From positions 160,142 through 224,141 of the forward strand of contig NZ_JAYFQD010000010.1 in NCBI RefSeq assembly GCF_034927365.1: a DNA stretch of 64,000 bases. Reading direction: 5' to 3'. The DNA is from Proteiniphilum sp. Lineage in GTDB: Bacteria; Bacteroidota; Bacteroidia; Bacteroidales; Dysgonomonadaceae. Shown here one piece after another: positions 50,085 through 60,621 of the stretch. A program made the position numbers and the translations under genes. The notes below the pieces were generated by a model. That model had not been told where the DNA came from and did no database searches. It saw only the letters and a program-made list of their open reading frames with translations. How positions within the stretch are numbered: the stretch's first letter is position 1; every line of letters begins with the position of its first letter.

Positions 50085-51098
50085 ATGGGTTTTGGGTTTA
50101 TACAAATTATGGGATATAGTATAAAAACATATTATCGTAAAGAAGATCTTCCCCCCATGGTGGAGGAAATCAATTTTTTCCATAGCCCTTCGTCATTTGA
50201 CTGGTATGCCAACAGTCCCACCTATACCCCATTGATGCTGGTCGCTTTTGAAGATGATGAGCCGGTAGCCGCCATGTTTGCCGTGATAGTACGAATCAAT
50301 CGTTTCCTCAGAGGCAAACTTTTTAAAAGATGCTTCATCTCCCAACAACCAGCTTTCTTCAAAAGAAAACTACCCCAGATAGAGATATTCGACGCCTTGA
50401 TTACACATCTGGTGAAAGAGGTACGCAACCGTGTTTTTCTGATCCGTTACGAGAATCTGGCGAATGCCATCTTCGGCTATAAGGGATTTCGCGAAAACGG
50501 ATTCTACTCTGTGAAATGGATCAATATCCGCAATTCCCTCCAACGCAAACGAAAAATATGGGACCAACTCTCCAGAACAAGAAAAAACCAGGTCAATAAG
50601 GCATTAAAAAAAGGTATCGCACTGGAAGAGTTCACTTCTGAAGGGAAGTTACCGGAGATTTACAAGCTGATCAGGGATACGAACCACAAAAAAGTATCAC
50701 GCCGTTTCCCTCCCTATCAATATTTCGAGAATTTTTTCCACCATTATGTCCGGAAAGGTAAAGGAAAAATATTGCTTGCCCGCCATCAGGGTAAAATCAT
50801 AGGAGGTATCATCCTGGGATTCGAGAAAAGAGAGACGGTTTATTGCCTCTACTATTGGGGAAAATCGAAGCGGTATAAATTACTCTACCCTACTATTTTC
50901 ATCATTTACCAGGCGATGCAGGTATCGGAAAACAAGGGTTTTAATTATTTCGATTTTATGGATGTCAACTTTCTGAATAAAAATGCCGGCCGCTCCCGAT
51001 TCCTGCTCCAGTTCGGAGGTAAGCAGCGCGCCACAAGACGCTGGTACCGTTTCAATTGGGGATTGCTCAACTTCTTTGCCCACCGCATCTACGATTGA
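50085..51098 (+). CDS. second FemAB-family (Acetyltransf_6-like) protein
   Basis: ...RTRKNQVNKALKKGIALEEF (FemABX R..I.KA.K.G motif), ...HQGKIIGGIILG..., 337 aa. Confidence 0.5.
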   Translation: MGFGFIQIMGYSIKTYYRKEDLPPMVEEINFFHSPSSFDWYANSPTYTPLMLVAFEDDEPVAAMFAVIVRINRFLRGKLFKRCFISQQPAFFKRKLPQIEIFDALITHLVKEVRNRVFLIRYENLANAIFGYKGFRENGFYSVKWINIRNSLQRKRKIWDQLSRTRKNQVNKALKKGIALEEFTSEGKLPEIYKLIRDTNHKKVSRRFPPYQYFENFFHHYVRKGKGKILLARHQGKIIGGIILGFEKRETVYCLYYWGKSKRYKLLYPTIFIIYQAMQVSENKGFNYFDFMDVNFLNKNAGRSRFLLQFGGKQRATRRWYRFNWGLLNFFAHRIYD

Positions 51099-51162
51099 AA
51101 GTATTTCGCTCACTCAATATCGGATGAATAACAGATTGGGATATGAAAGAGCAACTGCTATT

Positions 51163-51942
51163 TCAATCATCACTATCAATCGTTTGCAATACTCTACGGG
51201 TAGCTTTCGCCCCCTCTTCCACCAATTCTGTGTACTTTTTAAAGTTGAAAATACTATAATCACCCACGGGAACTTCGATCATAAGATCAGGTTTGTTTTC
51301 GATGCAACTTTTCCTGATATTGGTTTGCACAATCATGGCTGCCGAATCCATGAGAAGAGAGAATTTATTGTAGGTCTTTAACTCCTTCTTTTTTGCTCCT
51401 ACTGACACACCCACTAAAATATCATCAGTAGTCCGTGAAACCCTATCCAGCGGTAACGGATTCAGAATCCCACCGTCAATTAAACTCATACTATTGAATT
51501 CATACGGTTTGAAAATAAAAGGAAGGGAAATGGATGCCCGCAAAGCATCAATAATTCTCCCCTCACGAAAAACTACCTCCTGTTGATTGATAATATCGAC
51601 AGCAACTGCGGTATAGGGGATTCTAAGGTTTTCAATCCTGGTATCAGAAAATATATCTTCCATCTTTTTATACAATTTGACTCCTCTGATAACACCTTTT
51701 CGATGCAGGCAGAAGTCGATGAAACGGAAGATACTCCTATTACTGATACTGGAAAGAACCTCTTTGCATTCGTTCCAATAACCTGAAGCATATGCTGCAC
51801 CCACAACAGCACCCATGGAGCAACCCGCAACTGAGGAGATGATGTAATTTTGCCTGATTAACTCTTCTATAACCCCTATATGAGCCAATCCCCTCGCACC
51901 ACCGGTGGCTAACACCAACGCTACTTTTTTCTCGCCGCTCAT
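51163..51942 (-). CDS. patatin-like phospholipase
   Basis: VLATGGARGLAHIGVIEEL (GxGxxG) and GCSMGA (GxSxG) plus a downstream DGG. 259 aa. Confidence 0.85.
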   Translation of the reverse strand: MSGEKKVALVLATGGARGLAHIGVIEELIRQNYIISSVAGCSMGAVVGAAYASGYWNECKEVLSSISNRSIFRFIDFCLHRKGVIRGVKLYKKMEDIFSDTRIENLRIPYTAVAVDIINQQEVVFREGRIIDALRASISLPFIFKPYEFNSMSLIDGGILNPLPLDRVSRTTDDILVGVSVGAKKKELKTYNKFSLLMDSAAMIVQTNIRKSCIENKPDLMIEVPVGDYSIFNFKKYTELVEEGAKATRRVLQTIDSDD

Positions 51943-52002
51943 AGTTAAATAAATTTAAATCAAGAATATTTCCTGTCAGATTATTTGGAAAAACAGAAGA
52001 TA

Positions 52003-52092
52003 CCCATTATTTTTGCAACGTGTTTTTCATGGTATTAGATTTAAGGTTAACAATGAAGATTGGTTGTCGTGAGACAACCATTTCTTTTTATA
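52003..52092 (+). ncRNA. candidate small RNA or leader transcript (promoter -7 element, about 75 nt, terminator)
   Basis: cattaTTTTTGcaacg -7-like element at 52003-52010. Hairpin GGTTGTCgtgaGACAACC at 52062-52079 followed by atttcttttta. No same-strand CDS nearby. It contains only a 24-codon ORF, MVLDLRLTMKIGCRETTISFYIQS. Confidence 0.3.
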
Positions 52093-52162
52093 TACAGTCT
52101 TGATTATTCCATAAACTTTTTCGGATTTATCCCAACTTTTCTTACAAAAAACGAATTACTCT

Positions 52163-52900
52163 CTATTTATATTTCTCCCACAGTCCCGTGTAGATAGCAT
52201 CCCTGGTTTCCTCTATCAGTGCAGGTATCTCTGATTCTGTAAGGGATTCCGTGGGTATGGGTGGATGAATCACAAGTTCCATCTTTCCCGGCTTGAGACG
52301 AAAACCATCTCTTTTGAGCACATCATAAGCACCATTGATAGTCAGCGGCACCACCGGCAATTTCAAATCGTGGGCCACATAATAAGCCCCCCGTTTAAAT
52401 TGCCCCATTGCCCCACTCCTGGTGCGTGCACCTTCAGGAAAAATCACCATGGATACGCCATCCACAATTTGCTCTTCTGCCTTTTTAAGCGAAGCTGCCC
52501 GTAATTTGGGATTGGTGTTATCGACAAACACGTGCCCTGCTTTTTCTGATGCAAACCCCACAAACGGGATCTTTCGCAAACTCTGCTTTTGCATCCATTT
52601 CACATTCTGATTAAGGAAACCATATACCAGGAAAATATCAAATGCACTCTGATGATTGGCTACAAAGACATACGACTGGCGAGGATTCAAGTTCTCATGG
52701 CCTTTTGTCTTTATCCGGCATAAGGCCAGCCAACAAGTCAGTCTTGACCACCACTTGGGAGGATAATAACCCCAGAACTTACTCCCAAAGAGAGGAGCCA
52801 TCAACATTACCGTCAACGCCGTAATAATAGTAATAACAACAAAGATCGGCACAAATATGAGCCATTGATACAAAAAAGCAAGTATATTTTTCACCACCAT
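52163..52900 (-). CDS. plsC: 1-acyl-sn-glycerol-3-phosphate acyltransferase
   Basis: VANHQSAFDIFL (HX4D) and FPEGARTRSG motifs. 245 aa. Confidence 0.88.
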   Translation of the reverse strand: MVVKNILAFLYQWLIFVPIFVVITIITALTVMLMAPLFGSKFWGYYPPKWWSRLTCWLALCRIKTKGHENLNPRQSYVFVANHQSAFDIFLVYGFLNQNVKWMQKQSLRKIPFVGFASEKAGHVFVDNTNPKLRAASLKKAEEQIVDGVSMVIFPEGARTRSGAMGQFKRGAYYVAHDLKLPVVPLTINGAYDVLKRDGFRLKPGKMELVIHPPIPTESLTESEIPALIEETRDAIYTGLWEKYK

Positions 52901-53148
52901 TCAATTTTAGCACGATTAATCTCTTGTAGGAATACCGATCATCTGACGGTCATCTCGCCCACATCAACGGAAACTTTTTCACAAAAATATACATTTTGAG
53001 TATTGTATTGAGATAAATTGCCACTTTTTTATGCGACATTCTCTCTTTTTTGCTCACTTCAAAATTTTATCTCGATTTATTTCCTTCTTTGTTGAATTTT
53101 GTGTTTATTTGCGTGGATAGAGATTAACAACATTATTATTATAAACTC

Positions 53149-53433
53149 TTGAAAGATTTAGCACGAAACGTCGGGATATGGGTGATGCTCTTAGGCGTCG
53201 CTTTTTTGGTAGTTCCTTTTTTTACGGGCACAACCAACAATACCAATTTGCTTATTGGATTGGTACTGGTGATTGAAGGGTTCCTGGGGCATATCTATGT
53301 GAATAATATGAAGAAAGGGACTTTAGCAAGTACCCTCTTCTGGATAATCATCCTGTTAGTCATTCCTTTTACCCTCTTCTTCCTTTCAAAGAAACTGGCC
53401 TATACGGAAGAGGATATGGCAGCTTATAACTGA
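53149..53433 (+). CDS. small membrane protein, hypothetical
   Basis: 94 aa, two strongly hydrophobic helices. Confidence 0.35.
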   Translation: MKDLARNVGIWVMLLGVAFLVVPFFTGTTNNTNLLIGLVLVIEGFLGHIYVNNMKKGTLASTLFWIIILLVIPFTLFFLSKKLAYTEEDMAAYN

Positions 53434-53453
53434 CAGATACAATCATCATTCCT

Positions 53454-54845
53454 TTACACCTTCTCCCTACGGACTACATATAACTGGAAATTTTCGTACC
53501 GCTTAATGGCCACCTCATCCCCTTTATTTATAAAGCCTTTCAATGAGATGGCATCGTAAAATTCGCCGTCCACATTAACTCTTCCGGAAGGACGAAGATC
53601 GGTTGCCGCAATCCCTATCCTGCCTACTAAAGATATCGGCTCCATCGGTACGGAAATATAACCTTCCTGATCGGCGTGTAATGCAGCGAACTGCAGGAAA
53701 CCCGGCTTACCAATCCGGCCGGACAAATAAACGATAAGCGCTATCCCCATCCCGGTGCCGCCCAACACGATCATCAATGCCCTGAACATCTCCATGGCAG
53801 GCAACCCTTCGAAATTGAATCGAATATTACCAATCAGAGCAAGTACCAATGCCGAAAAGACAAAAAGAATACCCAGGATTCCCGGTATTCCGAAGCCGGG
53901 AATGACAAATATTTCAAAAACGATAAAAATAAGCCCCAGCACAAACAGAAGGACTTCCCAATTTTGAGCATAGCCGGTCAGATAGAGGGGTGTGAAATAG
54001 AGTATGGCTGCGGTAATGGCTATGGCAGTAGGAAAACCTATGCCGGGCGACTGCAACTCAAAGTAAATGCCGCCTATAATAAACATGATGAGGAACGCCT
54101 GCACAATTCCACTCATAAGAAAACCTTTAATCTTGTCATACATAGTAGGATTATAGGTCTCCATGCTATACTCTTTGTACCCGAGATGTGTCACAATCAC
54201 ATCATGCACACTTTCCGCGATCCCGTCACAGTAGCCCAGTTCCATCGCCTGACTGGCTGTAAGGGTAAGTATCTGCGTGGAATCGGCAAAACCGGGTATC
54301 ACTACTTTCTCATCCACCATAGCCTCGGCAATCATGGGATCGCGCCTCCATTTTGTAATGGTATCCCCGTCCCGGACAATAACCACCTTGCCGTGACTCT
54401 CGGCCGTAGCCCGCATAATTCCCCTCATGTAAGACTGATGCTTGTCCATCGCTCTTTCTCCACTGCCACCCTCCACAACCGTAGCCGCACCGATAGAAGC
54501 ACTGCTACGCATAAAAATACTGTCGCAGGCGATAGATATGAGCGCTCCGGCCGATGCGGCATTATTATCAATAAATACATATACAGGCAGAGACGCATTG
54601 AGAATGGCCGTACGCATGGAATCAGCCTCCAATACACCTCCTCCATAGGTATTCATATGTAAAAGCACTGCAGCAGCATCTTTCTTCTTTGCCTCATGAA
54701 GACCATTCTGCAAATATATCCATGTGTTACTGCCTATATTCTCCCTGATATTAACGCGGTAGATCACAGGTTTGGCATCTTGTGCCAAAAGATCAAAAGA
54801 AAGAATCAGGAAAAAAAGAATCGATATAATTTGAAAATTTTTCAT
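53454..54845 (-). CDS. NfeD-family membrane-bound ClpP-class serine protease with C-terminal OB-fold
   Basis: Signal peptide. ClpP-like domain (VYVFIDNNAASAGALISIACDSIFM). Multi-TM middle. C-terminal OB segment LVGRIGIAATDLRPSGRVNVDGEFYDAISLKGFINKGDEVAI. 463 aa. Confidence 0.75.
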   Translation of the reverse strand: MKNFQIISILFFLILSFDLLAQDAKPVIYRVNIRENIGSNTWIYLQNGLHEAKKKDAAAVLLHMNTYGGGVLEADSMRTAILNASLPVYVFIDNNAASAGALISIACDSIFMRSSASIGAATVVEGGSGERAMDKHQSYMRGIMRATAESHGKVVIVRDGDTITKWRRDPMIAEAMVDEKVVIPGFADSTQILTLTASQAMELGYCDGIAESVHDVIVTHLGYKEYSMETYNPTMYDKIKGFLMSGIVQAFLIMFIIGGIYFELQSPGIGFPTAIAITAAILYFTPLYLTGYAQNWEVLLFVLGLIFIVFEIFVIPGFGIPGILGILFVFSALVLALIGNIRFNFEGLPAMEMFRALMIVLGGTGMGIALIVYLSGRIGKPGFLQFAALHADQEGYISVPMEPISLVGRIGIAATDLRPSGRVNVDGEFYDAISLKGFINKGDEVAIKRYENFQLYVVRREKV

Positions 54846-54940
54846 TTTTCACAAGGTTTAATACAACAAAGATAATAGATTTTGCGATTCACTATTCGTT
54901 TTAATTTAAAATGTCTATATTTGTAATTCAATTTATCAGT

Positions 54941-55387
54941 ATGAGCACAATTTTATTAAGCATAGGATCAAATACGTTCGCCAAGACCAATATCGATAAA
55001 GCAAAGAGAATGCTTTCATTTCTTTTTCCGGATATTGTTTTTAGTGAGCCCATCCTGACTGAACCGGAAGATGACAAGTATGCCTACCTTTTTCGGAATG
55101 TGCTTGCCAAAGCCAATACTGAAATGTCGCCGGAAGAAGTCATTGACAAGATCAAACAAACAGAGCGGGCTGTAGGACGAACACCAAGAGATAAATATTT
55201 AGGCAGGATGATTATCGATATCGATCTCATCCAGTATGATGGCAGAATTCTCCGTCCCCAGGATTATGAGAGGGATTATGTGCAGCAGCTATTACCCACC
55301 CTTCCTGAACCGGGTGTAACCGAGATTAGCACTCCTGCACCTGACACGACGGCAGACTTCGATTCCTTGGAAGAGGAAGATATATGA
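54941..55387 (+). CDS. folK: 2-amino-4-hydroxy-6-hydroxymethyldihydropteridine pyrophosphokinase
   Basis: ILLSIGSN start typical of HPPK, ...ERAVGRT.RDKYLGRMIIDIDLI... The ORF frame opens at 54911. Confidence 0.75.
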   Translation: MSTILLSIGSNTFAKTNIDKAKRMLSFLFPDIVFSEPILTEPEDDKYAYLFRNVLAKANTEMSPEEVIDKIKQTERAVGRTPRDKYLGRMIIDIDLIQYDGRILRPQDYERDYVQQLLPTLPEPGVTEISTPAPDTTADFDSLEEEDI

Positions 55388-55470
55388 TCTCCATTCTTCC
55401 ATGCAATCCCTGTATCGTGAGATAAAAGGGACTTTTTTACTTTTTGTCCGTTGATATTTTGCGCATGCAA

Positions 55471-57672
55471 TCAATTCAATCTGGAAACGGATTTTACCCC
55501 TTTCACCGCACGTAGTTTTTTAATTAACTGATCAAGCATCGAAGTATCACCCAGCATCACGGCAATATTCCCCTGAAACAGGCCGTCATTCGAATCAATA
55601 GTGATCGAACGCATCTGTACCCCTTCCTCTTTCGATATAATTGACATAAGGTTCGCCACTATATTGAGTTGATCGTTCCCTATCACCCTCAATACGATAG
55701 TATAATGGGAAGAGCTGGTCTTACCCGACCAGCGTGCTTTCAATATACGATAACCAAAGCGGGAGAAAAGATCGTGTGCATTGGGGCAACTCACACGGTG
55801 AATCTTGATTCCCTGGGAGGAGACAAAGCCAAAAATATCATCACCGAAAATGGGATTGCAACATTTTGCCAATTTATAATCCACCCCTGTCAGATTCTGG
55901 TCAATAATTAATTCGTCATTACCGGTAATTTCAGGTGAAGGGGTCTTTAAAGTAAACTCCCCGGCGCTCACCGCCGCATGGCTATCACGACCGTCCGAAT
56001 CCTTGTTTTCCAATTCCAGGTAACGGTCAATCACCCAGTTTACATCAATTTTTTCCGAGGCAATATCTATGTAAAAATCGGTGACGGTCTTATACTTGAG
56101 TTTTTTGATCAGTTGCATCAAACGCGGCTCGTCCACCTCGATCTTCCGATTCCTCATCCGACGTAAAAGTGTCTCCTTGGCAATATCGATCTGTTTGCCC
56201 GCTTCCTCCTTCAAGAGCTGGCGTATTTTCGTGCGTGCTTTGGATGTCACGGCAAAACTCAACCAGTCCTGCTTGGGTGTTTGGTGCGACGACGTATTGA
56301 TTGCCACCTGATCGCCGCTTTTGAGGACATACCTGATGGGGACATTTTTCCCGTTCACCCTGCCCGACACACAGGTAGACCCCAGGTTGGAATGTATGGC
56401 AAAAGCAAAATCGAGTACGGTAGCCCCTTTAGGTAGTTTAAAGAGATCTCCTTTCGGAGTAAATACGAATATCTCCTCGTCATACAGATCGAGTTTGAAG
56501 TCAGTCAGTTTCTGGCTCAGATTGGTCTCGCTGTCCTCCAGTGACTCCCGTAACGAACTCAACCAACTATCGAGTGCTGTCTCCTCTTTTACGCCCTTAT
56601 ACTTCCAATGGGCTGCCAATCCGCGTTCGGCAACCTCATCCATCCGTTTCGACCGGATCTGTACTTCCACCCACTTTCCATTCGGCCCCATCACCGTAAT
56701 ATGGAGCGATTCATATCCGTTACTCTTAGGGATGGAGAGCCAGTCTTTCAGCCGCTTGGGATTCGGCTGGTACATATCGGTAATGATAGAATAGACCTGC
56801 CAGCATTGGGCCTTCTCCTGATCGGCATGCGCATCGAGGATTACACGAATGGCAAAAAGATCGTAGATACTCTCGAATTCGATCTTCTGCTTTTTCAGTT
56901 TATTATTGATGGAGTGAATGGATTTGGTGCGCCCTTTGATATCATACTTCAATCCCGTTTTATCCAGCCGTTCCTTTACCGGTCCGATGAATTCGCTGAT
57001 ATACTGGTCGCGCGACCGTTTCGTTTCATTCAACTTCCGGGCTATGAAATCATATTGTTCCCGGTCGGTATATTTCAGAGAGAGGTCCTCCAGTTCCGAT
57101 TTGATGGTATAAAGACCCAACCGGTGTGCCAACGGAGCATAGAGATAAGTAGATTCCACCGACAAGTCTAATTTATCGGAAGCGGATACCTTCCTTGCAT
57201 CGCGCATACGTTGCAACTGCCGTGCTATCATGATAAATACCACCCGGATATCTTCGGCAATCGAGAGCAGCAACTTGATATAGTTTTCCGACTCTACCGC
57301 CGTACGCTTACCACTGAACTGATTCACTTTCTTCAATCCCCGAAGAATACTCTCCACCTCACTGCCGAATAACCGTTCCACTTCATCCGGAGAACAATCT
57401 CCCTCCACTACAGGATAAAAAAGCAAAACCGCGCAGACAGCCGGCTGTTTCAGGCCGATCTCTTCAATAATAACGACAGCCGTACGCATAGCCAACACGA
57501 GATTATACAATATCTCGTCATCGGCATGCTCTTCCGTTTTTCTAAAAGAACGACTCAACACTCCTTTCAATCCGGACACTTTGGGGAGATCCCACTCCTG
57601 TCTAAGGAAGGAATAAAGTCTGCTGTAAAGTTGAAAAAACTCACTACGGTCTATAAAACTGTTCTCACTCAT
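55471..57672 (-). CDS. RelA/SpoT-family bifunctional (p)ppGpp synthetase/hydrolase
   Basis: HD domain. Synthetase motif GYESLHITVMGPNGKWVEVQIRSKRMDEVAERGLAAHWKYKG. TGS and ACT-like C-terminus. 733 aa. Confidence 0.92.
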   Translation of the reverse strand: MSENSFIDRSEFFQLYSRLYSFLRQEWDLPKVSGLKGVLSRSFRKTEEHADDEILYNLVLAMRTAVVIIEEIGLKQPAVCAVLLFYPVVEGDCSPDEVERLFGSEVESILRGLKKVNQFSGKRTAVESENYIKLLLSIAEDIRVVFIMIARQLQRMRDARKVSASDKLDLSVESTYLYAPLAHRLGLYTIKSELEDLSLKYTDREQYDFIARKLNETKRSRDQYISEFIGPVKERLDKTGLKYDIKGRTKSIHSINNKLKKQKIEFESIYDLFAIRVILDAHADQEKAQCWQVYSIITDMYQPNPKRLKDWLSIPKSNGYESLHITVMGPNGKWVEVQIRSKRMDEVAERGLAAHWKYKGVKEETALDSWLSSLRESLEDSETNLSQKLTDFKLDLYDEEIFVFTPKGDLFKLPKGATVLDFAFAIHSNLGSTCVSGRVNGKNVPIRYVLKSGDQVAINTSSHQTPKQDWLSFAVTSKARTKIRQLLKEEAGKQIDIAKETLLRRMRNRKIEVDEPRLMQLIKKLKYKTVTDFYIDIASEKIDVNWVIDRYLELENKDSDGRDSHAAVSAGEFTLKTPSPEITGNDELIIDQNLTGVDYKLAKCCNPIFGDDIFGFVSSQGIKIHRVSCPNAHDLFSRFGYRILKARWSGKTSSSHYTIVLRVIGNDQLNIVANLMSIISKEEGVQMRSITIDSNDGLFQGNIAVMLGDTSMLDQLIKKLRAVKGVKSVSRLN

Positions 57673-57795
57673 CTGTACTGTCTGGTCGCTTTTGCTCTCA
57701 CAAATTTATAATTTTCTTTCGAATATATGAGGAGACACAATTAAAAAGTAATACCTATTCAACCTTCTTCACTTTTCCTATTCAGGAACAAATAG

Positions 57796-57803
57796 CTATA
57801 TTT
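57796..57803 (+). promoter_or_regulatory. Bacteroidetes sigma-A -7 element (TATATTTG) upstream of the GH2 gene
   Basis: gcTATATTTGcag about 90 bp upstream of the ATG. Confidence 0.25.
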
Positions 57804-57892
57804 GCAGAATATTGGATCCGATCCGGACAGGCTGAAATTTAGTTCGACTTGCCCCCGGCTTTCACTATATATGAAAATCAAATCCGTTTCTT

Positions 57893-60454
57893 ATGAGAAA
57901 AATTGTATCTCTTTTATTTTTGCTTGCAATGCCATTTATTTTATCAGCACAGCAAGGGGAAACCCTCTCTTTGAATGAAGGTTGGGAATTCTCACAAATG
58001 AATAAAGAGCAGTGGTACGCTGCAGAAGTACCGGGATCGGTACAACGCGACCTGGTGCGGCATAATGTTTTACCTGATCCTTTCTATGGCACCAACGAAA
58101 AGAAGGTGCAATGGGTAGAGAATGAAAACTGGAACTTCAGAAAGACTTTTACATTGACAGCCGGTCAGTTGCAATATGATGGTGCGCAACTGTTTTTGGA
58201 GGGACTGGATACCCATGCCGACGTGTTTTTGAACGGATCGAGGATACTGCGCTCCGAAAATATGTTTGTCGGGCACAAGATACAAGTGAAACCATTGCTG
58301 AAAGAGGGTAAAAACCAGCTTTACATCCGCTTCTATTCACCGGTGCAACTGATGATGCCGGCAAGAGCAACTTTTGGCTATGATTATCCGGCAGGAAACG
58401 ATCACCGGGATGAGAAGTTAAGCGTTTACAACCGTAAGGCTCCCTATCATTTTGGATGGGACTGGGGTATACGGATCGTCCAGATGGGTCTCTGGAAACC
58501 GGTATCACTCAATTTCTACAATGATGCAAGTATTGAAGATTACTATGTAAAACAAACTGCAGTAACGGAACAAGTGGCCAAAATCGAAAATCAAATAGAA
58601 ATCCACTCCGTTTCTTCAGATCCAATGGAAGCAGTCATATCCGTTGAGTACGGAGTACAAGGTGACGCCGGAGAACAAATTTCAAAAAAAATCACGTTGC
58701 AACCGGGAAAAAACCTGATCTCATTGCCATTGGATATCAGTCAACCCAAAAGATGGATGCCTGTACATTGGGGAGAGCAACATCTTTATGATTTCACAGT
58801 GAAAATCATGTCAGGTAACCGGGAAATTGCAAAAAAAACGGTACGTACAGGATTGCGTTCCGTACGTCTGGTCCAGGAACCCGATGAACATGGCAAATCG
58901 TTTTATGTCGAGGTGAACGGTATACCGCTTTTCGCCAAGGGAGCCAACTATATCCCCGGTGAGATCTTCACCACACAACAGGATGCAACGTACTACGAAA
59001 AGGTTTTCGACAATTTCATGGCAGCCAATATGAACTTTGTGCGTGTATGGGGAGGTGGTATCTACGAGAATGAAGAGTTCTACCGGCAGGCCGACAAGAG
59101 AGGTATCCTGGTATGGCAGGATTTCATCTTCGGCTGCGTACCCTACCCTTCCGACGACACCTTCCTCTCAAACGTGAAAGAAGAGGCAACCTATAATATC
59201 AAACGGCTGCGTAACCACGCATCACTGGCTTTCTGGTGCGGTAACAACGAGATTGAAGAAGCGCTTAACCACTGGGGATGGCAAAGCCAATACCCGAAAG
59301 AAGTGATGGATGGATGGTACAAGGGATATAACAAAACATTCCGTGAACTCATCCCGGGGCTGATCAACGAGCTGGATGGCACACGCAGCTATATCCACGG
59401 ATCGCCCTACAACGGCACCAGCTGGGGTAAACCTGAAGGATTCGCATCGAGCGATGCTCACGACTGGGCTCTTTGGTACGGTCACCTCCCCTTCGAAGGG
59501 ATGGCGGACCGGTTACCCCGTTTTGCCAGTGAATTCGGCTTCCAGTCGTTCCCCGAAATGAAAACCATCCGCTCTTTCGCTCCGGAAGACCAGTGGAGCC
59601 TCGAGAGTGAAGTGATGACAATACACCAGAAAGCATCTACCGGCAACTCCCTTATCAAAAAATACATGGATATGTACTATCACGAACCACGCAACTTCGA
59701 AGATTTCGTCTATATCGGCCTGGTGATGCAGGGTAACGGCATGGAAGAATCGGTGGAAGCGATGCGCCGGGGAAGGCCTTACTGCATGGGAGCGCTCTAC
59801 TGGCAGATCAACGACGACTGGCCAGTGGTTTCCTGGTCGAGTATCGACTACTACAACAACTGGAAAGCGCAACACTACCGGATGCGGGATGTGCTCTCCC
59901 CACTCGCCCTGGGAGTAGAGTCTAAAGACGAGAAGTTGAACTACTACACCATGTCGGATTACCTTCAGGATCACAGTAATCTAAAGCTCACCGTACAGGT
60001 GATCGACTTTACGACAGGAAAACGGAAAGAATTTACCGAACGCGTCAGTGCCAAAGCCAATGACAGCCACATCGTCAAAACATTCAATATCTCCGAACTG
60101 GTAACTGAAACTGAGAAGGCACACACCATGATCCATGCCTTCCTCAGCGACAGCAAAGGAAAAATCATCTCTTCCAAAGATCATTTCTTTTTCTGGCCCA
60201 ACAAACTGGAGTTACCGGAAACAGAGGTCAAGACAAAGGTGCAATACCAGGATGGTGAGTACAAGGTAACCCTCACCAGCAAAAAACTGGCCAAAGATGT
60301 CTTTGTGGAAATACCCATACAAGGCGCACGTTTCAGTGATAACTTCATCGACCTGCTGCCGGGAGAAAAGAGAACGATCATCATTACTTCCCCCGAATTG
60401 AGAGCGGCTGATAAAACACCTATCACGGTAAAACACGTGAGGGAGACTTACTAA
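57893..60454 (+). CDS. glycoside hydrolase family 2, beta-mannosidase-like
   Basis: Signal peptide. LNEGWEFSQ...W..AEVPGSVQ.DL...VLPDPFYG.NE N-terminal beta-mannosidase pattern. Acid/base FWCGNNE. 853 aa. Confidence 0.7.
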   Translation: MRKIVSLLFLLAMPFILSAQQGETLSLNEGWEFSQMNKEQWYAAEVPGSVQRDLVRHNVLPDPFYGTNEKKVQWVENENWNFRKTFTLTAGQLQYDGAQLFLEGLDTHADVFLNGSRILRSENMFVGHKIQVKPLLKEGKNQLYIRFYSPVQLMMPARATFGYDYPAGNDHRDEKLSVYNRKAPYHFGWDWGIRIVQMGLWKPVSLNFYNDASIEDYYVKQTAVTEQVAKIENQIEIHSVSSDPMEAVISVEYGVQGDAGEQISKKITLQPGKNLISLPLDISQPKRWMPVHWGEQHLYDFTVKIMSGNREIAKKTVRTGLRSVRLVQEPDEHGKSFYVEVNGIPLFAKGANYIPGEIFTTQQDATYYEKVFDNFMAANMNFVRVWGGGIYENEEFYRQADKRGILVWQDFIFGCVPYPSDDTFLSNVKEEATYNIKRLRNHASLAFWCGNNEIEEALNHWGWQSQYPKEVMDGWYKGYNKTFRELIPGLINELDGTRSYIHGSPYNGTSWGKPEGFASSDAHDWALWYGHLPFEGMADRLPRFASEFGFQSFPEMKTIRSFAPEDQWSLESEVMTIHQKASTGNSLIKKYMDMYYHEPRNFEDFVYIGLVMQGNGMEESVEAMRRGRPYCMGALYWQINDDWPVVSWSSIDYYNNWKAQHYRMRDVLSPLALGVESKDEKLNYYTMSDYLQDHSNLKLTVQVIDFTTGKRKEFTERVSAKANDSHIVKTFNISELVTETEKAHTMIHAFLSDSKGKIISSKDHFFFWPNKLELPETEVKTKVQYQDGEYKVTLTSKKLAKDVFVEIPIQGARFSDNFIDLLPGEKRTIIITSPELRAADKTPITVKHVRETY

Positions 60455-60518
60455 TGTGCTAATGTGTCAATATGCCAATGTGCCAATGTAATGATGAGCT
60501 AATGAATCAATGTGATGA
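60452..60518 (-). repeat. Family A array, degenerate, RTGCCAAT orientation
   Basis: taatgtgctaatgtgtcaatatgccaatgtgccaatgtaatgatgagctaatgaatcaatgtgatgac begins inside the stop codon of the GH2 gene. Confidence 0.7.
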
Positions 60519-60621
60519 CTTTGACATTCGGGAAGTAGTGATGATAATATCCCCAGTAATAAGCTTACAATTATCAGGTATTCAATTAATTAATAATTGG
60601 CAGTGAATCAATTAATTTTTT

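Noticed and set aside
53964-54662. 232-aa ORF (+) opposite the NfeD gene
   Set aside because: Antisense to a CDS with clear ClpP-like and OB-fold motifs; no motif of its own.
59513-59974. 153-aa ORF (-) inside the GH2 gene
   Set aside because: Antisense shadow ORF; His/Val-rich with no motifs.
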